A stretch of DNA of 64,000 nt from Syntrophorhabdaceae bacterium (lineage in GTDB: Bacteria; Desulfobacterota; Syntrophorhabdia; Syntrophorhabdales; Syntrophorhabdaceae), in assembly GCA_963665295.1 (NCBI GenBank), contig OY762209.1, forward strand, positions 1,920,001 to 1,984,000. The letters run 5' to 3'. Below the pieces are notes generated by a model, which saw only the letters and a program-made list of their open reading frames with translations, did not search any database and was not told the origin of the DNA. A program made the position numbers and the translations under genes. Below, in pieces: positions 56,494 through 64,000 of the stretch; position 1 is the first letter of the stretch, and each line of letters begins with the position of its first letter.

Positions 56494-57836
56494 AACCGAC
56501 GGGTGTTCTTTTCTTTCCGGCCTTTGACTGGGCTATCAGCCCCACCCATCCCGAGAGGGAGGAGAGACTTCTCTATACCCGGGACCAGTTGTTCGAAGAG
56601 GGGATCATGGACATGCCCCAGATAAGGGAATACCATCCCCGCCTTGCCACGGCCAAAGAGATATCGAGGGTGCACTTCGCGGTGCCCAATGTGAAAGAGC
56701 GCGTCACCGAGGCCCACCTGGTTTCCGCGGGTTCGGCCCTTGTGATGGCCGACGCTTTCATGCGGAAAGAGGTGCGGAACGCCTTTGCCATTATAAGACC
56801 TCCGGGCCATCATGCCATGACCGTGACCCATGGCAACCGGGGTTTTTGCGACATCAACAACGAGGCCGTCATGGTGGAATACCTGCGCCGGGTTTACGGC
56901 GTCAAGCGTCTGGCCATCGTGGACACAGACGTGCACCACGGCGACGGCACCCAGGAGATATTCTGGCATGACCCCGATGTGCTCTTTATTTCGTTCCACC
57001 AGGACGGGCGCACCCTCTATCCCGGGTCCGGCTTCATCAACGAGCTTGGCGGCCCCCTCGCCTACGGCGCCACCATTAACGTGCCCCTGGCCCCGCAGAC
57101 GACGGACGTGGGCATCCACTACATAATCGATAACCTCGTGCTGCCTGTGCTCGAGGAATTCAAGCCCGAGATGGTAATCAACTCGGCGGGACAGGACAAC
57201 CATTACAGCGACCCCCTTGCCGACATGAGTTTCACGGCCCAGGGATATGCCATCCTCAACCGGAAACTGCGGCCTGATATCGCGGTACTGGAAGGAGGGT
57301 ATTCCGTGGAAACCGCCCTGCCTTATATTAACATGGGCATCATCATGGCCATGGCGGGAATCGATTTTTCCAACCTTCGTGAACCTGATTATGATCCTGC
57401 CCGGTTCGTCGAATCTCCCGACAACATGAACTATATCAGGGGACTCGTGGAAAAACAACTCGCCAACTTCCGCGGAAGGGAGGCGGTGGTGGAGGAGAAC
57501 CGCAGGAAAGGCGGCGACTTTATGTCCACGAAGCAGAGCATCTTCTATGATACCGACTACCTCCGGGAGGAGCAGCGCGTGGATGTGAGGATATGCAAGG
57601 ATTGTTGCGGTTACCGGCGCATCGCGTCATCAGCCGGCCAGCGGTCCGGCCGCCATTACTCGGTGTTCTGCATTTCCCTGCCTCAGGCATGCTGTCCGGA
57701 TTGTACTGCCCGGGCCCGGACCGACTATGAGGATATGAAGATCGGGGGGAAATACGACTACGTCTACCTGCAGGACCGGGTGGAAGACGAGTTTCGCACC
57801 TTCGACAACAAGACCGGAGAGGAGACCGTTCTGTAA
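56490..57836 (+). CDS. Histone deacetylase family amidohydrolase
   Basis: HPE..ERL, RPPGHHA, GFC, DTDVHHGDGTQ, SAGQD and LEGGY; Cys-rich C-terminus. Confidence 0.92.
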   Translation: MKPTGVLFFPAFDWAISPTHPEREERLLYTRDQLFEEGIMDMPQIREYHPRLATAKEISRVHFAVPNVKERVTEAHLVSAGSALVMADAFMRKEVRNAFAIIRPPGHHAMTVTHGNRGFCDINNEAVMVEYLRRVYGVKRLAIVDTDVHHGDGTQEIFWHDPDVLFISFHQDGRTLYPGSGFINELGGPLAYGATINVPLAPQTTDVGIHYIIDNLVLPVLEEFKPEMVINSAGQDNHYSDPLADMSFTAQGYAILNRKLRPDIAVLEGGYSVETALPYINMGIIMAMAGIDFSNLREPDYDPARFVESPDNMNYIRGLVEKQLANFRGREAVVEENRRKGGDFMSTKQSIFYDTDYLREEQRVDVRICKDCCGYRRIASSAGQRSGRHYSVFCISLPQACCPDCTARARTDYEDMKIGGKYDYVYLQDRVEDEFRTFDNKTGEETVL

Positions 57837-57861
57837 TAAGGGAATGGACCGACCCCGCGTC

Positions 57862-59262
57862 TCAAGGACCGGTAGGTTTCCTGCCGGGTCCGGACGTCTC
57901 AGGGGGCGGCTGAATATCCTTCACGAGTATCTCCTCCACGCAATACCCCGTGGACCGGGAAATGTCCCCCAAACCGGCGGAAACCCCGTCCTTCTCCCTG
58001 AAACGCCTGGGAAGGGTGAGCATCTTGTCCTTCTCGTCGAAGGCGTCAAAAAAATCCCTTAACCCGAGGTGCTCCACGGACCTTGCCGGTTGAAAGGCGA
58101 TACCCCCGGACTTGCTTCCACCCCACGTCACTTCGGCCACGAGTCCTGCCCCGATCAGGCGTCTCAAGAGGCTTTCCACGAGGTCGATGGGCGCTTCGAT
58201 GGCCCGCGCGATGGCCTCCGCCGAGGGCGCCTCTTCCCCAAGGGAGAAATTCCGGACCAGAAATTGAAAGATCCTGAGGGCTATGAGTCTAAGGGAAGCT
58301 TCGCCCAGACGGGTGTAATCGGGATGAAAACCGAAGCTCTCGAAACATCGGTCCGCCCGGGCGAGTTCGGCCCCGAAGAGGACGATCATCCAGCTCATCT
58401 GCAGCCATCCCAGGAAGAGGGGCAGGGCGGCAAAACTTCCATAGATTGCGCCGTAGCTCGCCACCCCTATCTGAAACTTGATATAGACCCATTGGACAAG
58501 CTGGAACAGGGTGCCCGCCGCCATCCCGCCCACCACGGCGGACCGGACCGGGACCCTCGTGTTGGGCATGACGAGGTAGAGCATGATGAGGAGGGCCCAC
58601 ATGGAAACATAGGGCAGGAGCCCGATGAAGCCGAAGACGATGAAGTCGATCTGTCCCAGGCCCGCATGGGACCCCACGATGACTTTGAGCTTGCTCGCGA
58701 TTACCACGGTGATACTCCCTGATACGGCCAGAAGGAGAGGGGCCAGGACGACCATGGTAATGTAATCGCTGAACTTCCTTGTAAGCTTCCGGGCCTCCGG
58801 CACTTCCCAGATGAAGTTGAAGGATTCCTCGATCCTTCCCAGGATGGAGACGACGGTATAGAGGAGCAATATGACCGCGAGGCCCGCGATCAGCCCGCCT
58901 TTTGCCTCCTCCAGGAGGGAATGGGAAAAACCGATGATCCGGTTTACGATGTCGCCCTGCCACCCGGCTTCCCGGGCCATGTCGAGGATACGCTGCTCCA
59001 CCATCTTTTCAAGGCCGAAACCCTTGGCAATGGCGAAGGCGACGGCGGCAAGGGGCACGATATTGAGTACCGAATAATAGGTAAGGACCGCCGCGGACTT
59101 CTGACAGCCGTCCTTCACGAACCCCCGGGCTGCAAGGACAAGGATACGGAGACACTTGAGCGGGACGGCCCTGGTCCGGGGCAGGCCTTTAAACCCTGCT
59201 TCCCATATGTCCGTCTCCACAAAGCGAAGAATCCGGGAACCCAGCCCTTTGCCCTTCACCAT
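57862..59262 (-). CDS. YihY / BrkB family membrane protein with a C-terminal Rrf2-like HTH
   Basis: LTYYSVL.IVP, IEESFN.IW and YGAIYGSFAALP.FL.W motifs. Confidence 0.88.
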   Translation of the reverse strand: MVKGKGLGSRILRFVETDIWEAGFKGLPRTRAVPLKCLRILVLAARGFVKDGCQKSAAVLTYYSVLNIVPLAAVAFAIAKGFGLEKMVEQRILDMAREAGWQGDIVNRIIGFSHSLLEEAKGGLIAGLAVILLLYTVVSILGRIEESFNFIWEVPEARKLTRKFSDYITMVVLAPLLLAVSGSITVVIASKLKVIVGSHAGLGQIDFIVFGFIGLLPYVSMWALLIMLYLVMPNTRVPVRSAVVGGMAAGTLFQLVQWVYIKFQIGVASYGAIYGSFAALPLFLGWLQMSWMIVLFGAELARADRCFESFGFHPDYTRLGEASLRLIALRIFQFLVRNFSLGEEAPSAEAIARAIEAPIDLVESLLRRLIGAGLVAEVTWGGSKSGGIAFQPARSVEHLGLRDFFDAFDEKDKMLTLPRRFREKDGVSAGLGDISRSTGYCVEEILVKDIQPPPETSGPGRKPTGP

Positions 59263-59277
59263 TCCTGTCGGCCCGCC

Positions 59278-62200
59278 TTATTTCAGCCTGAAATCGACCC
59301 GGCTGTCGCTCAATTTGTCTTTCTTCTCAGGAGTGAGACTCTTTGGCTCTACCACAAAGACCCTGTCCCCCGTAACCTTTTGTCCGGCCAGGATTGCGTC
59401 CTTAATATGGGCGGCCCGGTTCATGGCCAGGGTCCGCAAGTCCTCGTCGGTGACCGTTATGTGGGTCAACATCAGTTTTTCCATCTCCGGTACGGGGAGG
59501 CCCTTCTGAAGACCGAGCACATTCTTCGGCTTCTCGAACTTCTCCGCCTTGTACGCGAGGGTCAGGTACTTTTCGTATTCCAGGGGCTCGATCTTCACCT
59601 CATCAACGGACGTGGCGGGCATGCCCTTCTTTACCATGTCGTTCAGCTTACGGGCCCTTATCTTCTTGTTGAAGAGGTACGTTCTGAGGGCGTCTTTGTC
59701 TCTGTCCACATTTACGTGCCCCTCGATGTCGAGTTTCAGGGCGGGCCTTTCATAGAGGGCCTTCACAAGAGTGTCGATCTTCTTCGTAGCCGCCTGGTTC
59801 AACCGGTCGCTGCCGTAATCGAACTCCACGTAACTCAGTTCCTCACCGCCTCCGAAGAGGGAGCCGAGGAGGGCAAAGGGGGCCATGGCGGCCTTGGTGA
59901 TGAGGTTTACAATGACCTTGATGACGATCCTGAAAACACTGAACTGGGGGTCGTCGAGGCTCCCGGAAACAGGGACGTCGAGATTGATCTGCCCCTTCCG
60001 GTCCTTGAGGAGTGCAATGGCGAGTTTCAAGGGCAGTTTTATCGCATCGGGACTGTCAACCTTGTCGCCGAGAGTCAACTGGTCGATGAGGATGCCGTTC
60101 TGGGACTCAAGTTTTCTCTTCTCGATCAGGTACTTCAAATCCATGGAGAGGCTTCCCTTTTCGATCTTGTACCCTATGTATTTTCCCGAATAAGGGGTGA
60201 GGGGACTTAGATCGAAATCCTTGAACCTCATTTCGAGGTCGGTAAAGAGGTTGTTCCTTGCCGGGTTGATCTTTCCCACGATCACGAGGGGCACATGGTG
60301 GTCTATGTTGCCGCGAAGCTCGACATCGGCCCGTTTGTCCAGGTTAAGGGAGAAACCACCTATGCGGCCCGCAATCTCCGTGAGGTTCACCGAGTAGGCG
60401 GGCTTTATGAACCTGTCCTTGAAATCGATGGTCCCACCCTGGAGGGTGATGCTTCCGATGGTTATGTCCCGGGCAGGATCGATACCTGTCTTCGAGGGGG
60501 CGCTATCCGCAGTTTTCCCTTTTTCGACCGCAGCCTCTTTGCCGCCTGCCGCCGGTCCCTTCTCCCCGGGCTCTTCGGGCTCTTCCTTGACCACCCTTTG
60601 GAGGCTGAGCGTGCCGTCGGGGTTTACCGCGACCCTCGCATAGAAATCCGCGATAGAGACTCCGCCCACATTTGCGTAGAGGGGGTTGTGCCCCGCATCG
60701 ACCGTGCTCAGGGAAAGGGCCTTCCATTTGAGGAAGTCATCGCCATCCTCCTTGTCAACGGACGCGAAATCGGCAACGAGAATATTGCCCGTGAATTTTG
60801 TGGTGAGTCCGCCTTTGTCCGTCATGGCGAGTTTCATGGCACCCTTCGTGTTTACGTTCCCGCTCGTGGTATTGATCCGCACCTTGTCGGTGAAGTAAGG
60901 TTGGAACTCCCTGATGCCTATGGTCTTGAGGTCCACGGCGAGGTCGGCGGAGACGGGGTCTATGCTTACGGGGCCCTTGAGAGAAACGGTCCCGGTCTTA
61001 TTGAGGCGTAGGGAAAGGGAGAGGTCGCTCTTGTTGCCTTTGGCTGTTGACAGGTTCGTAATCCCCAGGTTGAGGTCGGTAACCTGCAATGCTACGGGCT
61101 GGGACGCGGCCTGATCCGAAAAGGCAACCTTCGCCCCTTCGATGGCGAGTTCATCGATTATGGCGTTAAAGGGCGTATCCGAGGTCGTCGCCTCCCTCTT
61201 CCCGGCCTTTCCGGCGCGGGGCTTCTCCTCCTTCACGGTTTTTCCGGCGCGAGGTTCCTCTTTCTTGCCTCCGGACATGAGGGACGCCAGGTCGATATTG
61301 CCGTCCTTGTCGCGTTTCATCCTGATATCCGGTTCTTTGAGGGTAACCTTCGACAGGCGTACCGACTTGAGGAGCGGTTCGAGGGAAGCGATGACAACGC
61401 CCATGGAAGGCAGACGGATCAGGGGCTTCCCGTCTTTGCTGTCGAGGACGATGTCGGAGAGGGCCACTTCTCCGGTTACAGCGAGGGAGGGCGGCTTATC
61501 CACAGGCCGTACAAAAGATATCCTCGATTTGAGGTCCATCATCCCCGAACGGAGGATGAAATTTGCTTCCGCGGGGAGGTAGGCGGTATACCGGGTAAAA
61601 TCCATGCCTTTAATGTTGACGTCGAGGTATGACTCCAGGGGCTCGGCAAAGGGTTTGGTCTTCCCCCGCAATTCGTAGGGATTGCCGTTTATGTCCGCCG
61701 AAAACGAGGGTTCCACGTATATCTTTGTCAGGTAAGGAATATTGGAAATGAAGGGCACCCCGATATTCATTTCCTTTATCCTGTGCTGGACCTTCTTCGG
61801 CCCGTCCCAGAAATCTATGCTTCCTCCGGAAATCACGATATTGTTGAGGCAAAAAAGCAGGGGTTTTTGGTCCTTCGGGGCTTTGGGTTTCTCTTTCTCC
61901 TGCTTTGCCGGGATGTCCGAAAAGTTAAATGACCCGTCCCCGTTGCGGATAACCCGGACGTAAGGCCTGGTGAGTCGCAGGTCCGTAATGATTATGGCCC
62001 TCTTGAAAACGGAGTCCATACTTGCCCGTACGTACAACCCCTCCAAAGACACAAACATTTCCTTGTTTCCCACATCCCGGATGGCGAGGCCCTTCATGGC
62101 AATGGAGAGGGCGTAAGGATTCACTTTTATCTGTTGTATCGAGACCTGGCGGTTGAGGTTCTGTGAGAGCTTCTTGACGAGGACCGCTTTGATCACGGGA

Positions 62201-62292
62201 GGGGCCACAAAAAAACCGACTATCGTAAAAACAACGATCACGGCTCCTATCCACGCGAGAGTTTTCAGTGTCTTACGCATCCACCCCTTCAA
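59278..62292 (-). CDS. DUF748 (AsmA-like) protein with an OmpA-like C-terminal region
   Basis: N-terminal TM, DGSFNFSD, PYSGKYIGY.I..G, LAIALLKD..G.I.LD.PVSG.LDDPQF and LA..RA motifs. Confidence 0.85.
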   Translation of the reverse strand: MKGWMRKTLKTLAWIGAVIVVFTIVGFFVAPPVIKAVLVKKLSQNLNRQVSIQQIKVNPYALSIAMKGLAIRDVGNKEMFVSLEGLYVRASMDSVFKRAIIITDLRLTRPYVRVIRNGDGSFNFSDIPAKQEKEKPKAPKDQKPLLFCLNNIVISGGSIDFWDGPKKVQHRIKEMNIGVPFISNIPYLTKIYVEPSFSADINGNPYELRGKTKPFAEPLESYLDVNIKGMDFTRYTAYLPAEANFILRSGMMDLKSRISFVRPVDKPPSLAVTGEVALSDIVLDSKDGKPLIRLPSMGVVIASLEPLLKSVRLSKVTLKEPDIRMKRDKDGNIDLASLMSGGKKEEPRAGKTVKEEKPRAGKAGKREATTSDTPFNAIIDELAIEGAKVAFSDQAASQPVALQVTDLNLGITNLSTAKGNKSDLSLSLRLNKTGTVSLKGPVSIDPVSADLAVDLKTIGIREFQPYFTDKVRINTTSGNVNTKGAMKLAMTDKGGLTTKFTGNILVADFASVDKEDGDDFLKWKALSLSTVDAGHNPLYANVGGVSIADFYARVAVNPDGTLSLQRVVKEEPEEPGEKGPAAGGKEAAVEKGKTADSAPSKTGIDPARDITIGSITLQGGTIDFKDRFIKPAYSVNLTEIAGRIGGFSLNLDKRADVELRGNIDHHVPLVIVGKINPARNNLFTDLEMRFKDFDLSPLTPYSGKYIGYKIEKGSLSMDLKYLIEKRKLESQNGILIDQLTLGDKVDSPDAIKLPLKLAIALLKDRKGQINLDVPVSGSLDDPQFSVFRIVIKVIVNLITKAAMAPFALLGSLFGGGEELSYVEFDYGSDRLNQAATKKIDTLVKALYERPALKLDIEGHVNVDRDKDALRTYLFNKKIRARKLNDMVKKGMPATSVDEVKIEPLEYEKYLTLAYKAEKFEKPKNVLGLQKGLPVPEMEKLMLTHITVTDEDLRTLAMNRAAHIKDAILAGQKVTGDRVFVVEPKSLTPEKKDKLSDSRVDFRLK

Positions 62293-62332
62293 AATGCACG
62301 CCTCCTTCGTTTCCAGTAGCGTCTATTCTTGA

Positions 62333-62361
62333 ATTATAAGACTTCGCAGGATGAATGTCTA
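62333..62361 (-). promoter_or_regulatory. sigma70-type promoter of the DUF748 gene
   Basis: Minus strand TAGACA, 17 nt, TATAAT. Confidence 0.5.
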
Positions 62362-62550
62362 TCAGCTTTCCGCCGCAACAGGGAATATGGTGAGGCTCCG
62401 GCGCAGGAATCGCGGGGTCCCGGGTGTGCAGTCCAAGGGCGCCTCCGGTTCCGGGACCATGAGGAAAGGCGCTGCTTCCGGCGGGAACATGGTGGGAGGG
62501 TAGCGGCAGATGCGTGCTGCACGCGCAAAGGGCGTCCTTATCCCCCGGTC

Positions 62551-64000
62551 TCAAGGAAAATCGGATGCCGCCACCAGCCTCCATCCACCGTCGCCCTTAA
62601 GTTCGAGCACGTGGCTGTGGTGGGCTACAAGGGTAGGCCTGTGGCCGACGCTCAGGTACGTGGCGCCTGAACTCCGCAGTTCGCCGTAAAGGTGGGTTTC
62701 GTTGGTCACGTCGAGGGCGCTTGTGGCCTCATCCAGCACCGCGTAGCGGGGGTTTGCAAGGAGCAGGCGCGCAAAGGCGAGACGCTGCTGCTCTCCCAGG
62801 GAAAGGAGGTGGCCCCAGTCCATCTCCACGTCGAAGCCGCCCACCCTGTCCGGCAGATCGTCGAGTTTGACCCTCTCCAACATGCGCCTCAACTCCCCAA
62901 TGTCGATCTCACGGTCCAGGCGGGGATAAAGGAGCTGTTCCCTCAGTGATCCCAGTATCATGTAGGGACTTTGAGGCAGGAACATCATCTCTTCGAGGGG
63001 AGGGCGGATAACCCGCCCGCGGCCGGAGTTCCAGAGTCCCGCAATGGCGCGCAGAAGAGAGCTTTTGCCCGTGCCGCTCGGCCCTACGATCAGCAGACCT
63101 TCACCTGAGGGGACGGTAAGAGAGAGGTCGCTGAAAAGGGTATGCCGGTAGTCGGGCGTCTGGAGGGTGAGGTGCTCCAGGGCCAGACGGGGCTCCCTCA
63201 CGGACTCGACCACGGGCAGTTCCGGGGTTATCTCCCTTTTCAGGGGGTCGCCGAGGGCGGAGGCGAAGGACTCGATACGGGTGATGCCCGCGGCAAAGGC
63301 GCTCAGCTGCTCGAACTGGGCGACGATAATCGACACAGCCCCAAGGACCTGCGCAAAGGCGCTTGAAGCCTGGGTTACCACGCCGAATTTGATCTGGCCG
63401 CCGAAGTAAAGGGGGGCCATCACGACAAAGGGGAGCACCAGGATAATATATTCATAGCCTTTGGTGAAGAACCCCACGTTCCGTTGCCACCCGATGAGAA
63501 ATCTCAGGTTTGTTATGGCCTCACCCAGGCGGCGCCGGACCTGCCCCGCTTCCCGTTCTTCTCCCTGATAAAAGGCGATCGATTCGGCGTTATCCCTTAC
63601 ATGCACCAGACCGTACCTGAGGTCGGCCTCCCGCCGGAGTTGGAGAAAATTGAGGTTGATCATCTTCTTGCCGAAGAGCATGGTGACCCCGGTGCCCACG
63701 GCGGCATAGAGGAGGAGCACCACGACGAGGGGAATGGAAATGGACCAGAGGATACCCACGAAGGATACGAGTTGAACAGCGGAAAAGAAAAGGGTGGAGA
63801 GAAAATCGAGGCTGTTCACCGTGAAAGAGGAAATATCCTGGGCGATTCGTTGATCAGGGTTATCGATTTGTCCTTCCTGGTCTATATGGTAATACGCGCG
63901 GTCCTGGAAATACCGTCCTATGAAGTGATCGGTAAGCCAGAGGCGCCAGCTCACCCCCAGCCTCCTGCTCGCGTACAGGAAATAGACGCTTACCGGTGTG
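62551..64000 (-). CDS. YddA/BacA-like (ABCD-type) ABC transporter, permease plus ATPase (5' end outside the window)
   Basis: DNPDQRI, EADLR, NAESIAFY, GPSGTGKSS, LSLGEQQR and LDEATS. The frame is open to the window end. Confidence 0.92.
   Translation of the reverse strand, partial: TPVSVYFLYASRRLGVSWRLWLTDHFIGRYFQDRAYYHIDQEGQIDNPDQRIAQDISSFTVNSLDFLSTLFFSAVQLVSFVGILWSISIPLVVVLLLYAAVGTGVTMLFGKKMINLNFLQLRREADLRYGLVHVRDNAESIAFYQGEEREAGQVRRRLGEAITNLRFLIGWQRNVGFFTKGYEYIILVLPFVVMAPLYFGGQIKFGVVTQASSAFAQVLGAVSIIVAQFEQLSAFAAGITRIESFASALGDPLKREITPELPVVESVREPRLALEHLTLQTPDYRHTLFSDLSLTVPSGEGLLIVGPSGTGKSSLLRAIAGLWNSGRGRVIRPPLEEMMFLPQSPYMILGSLREQLLYPRLDREIDIGELRRMLERVKLDDLPDRVGGFDVEMDWGHLLSLGEQQRLAFARLLLANPRYAVLDEATSALDVTNETHLYGELRSSGATYLSVGHRPTLVAHHSHVLELKGDGGWRLVAASDFP

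Noticed and set aside
58921..60210. 429-aa plus-strand ORF
   Set aside because: Antisense shadow of the DUF748 and YihY genes.
1..64000. CRISPR array, tRNA or rRNA genes, prophage
   Set aside because: No regularly spaced direct repeats, cloverleaf signatures or phage structural genes seen by eye. tRNAscan-SE and a CRISPR finder would confirm.

Overview
Chromosomal window from a GC-rich anaerobic bacterium. The gene content suggests a Syntrophorhabdus-like aromatic-degrading Desulfobacterota member, which is an inference. In order, the window holds: (1) twin LysR regulators with a repeated operator, next to a phenylphosphate carboxylase operon (ppcB, two delta-like HAD paralogues, ppcA, gamma subunit, a third UbiD, ubiX, CTP-dependent riboflavin kinase, a membrane protein, an LpdD-like prFMN chaperone); (2) ttuB-ttuA, a GAF protein, mreB, radC, a flavodoxin and an MCP; (3) a probable rhodanese selenoprotein (in-frame UGA plus SECIS-like hairpin) facing a MauE/DoxX gene; (4) an AT-richer island of about 6.5 kb carrying a GHKL-ATPase/histidine-kinase fusion, a receiver protein, an unknown protein and a convergent N6-adenine methyltransferase, a candidate defence system; (5) yqaJ and fixABCX; (6) a complete aroF-aroB-aroD-aroE/K-aroA-aroC-pheA-tyrA operon under an unannotated attenuator whose leader peptide reads YYYFWYWY; (7) signalling genes, an IS630 inserted into an MCP stop codon, and assorted enzymes and transporters. 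No tRNA, rRNA or CRISPR array was seen. All family assignments come from motif recognition by eye; no database search was run.
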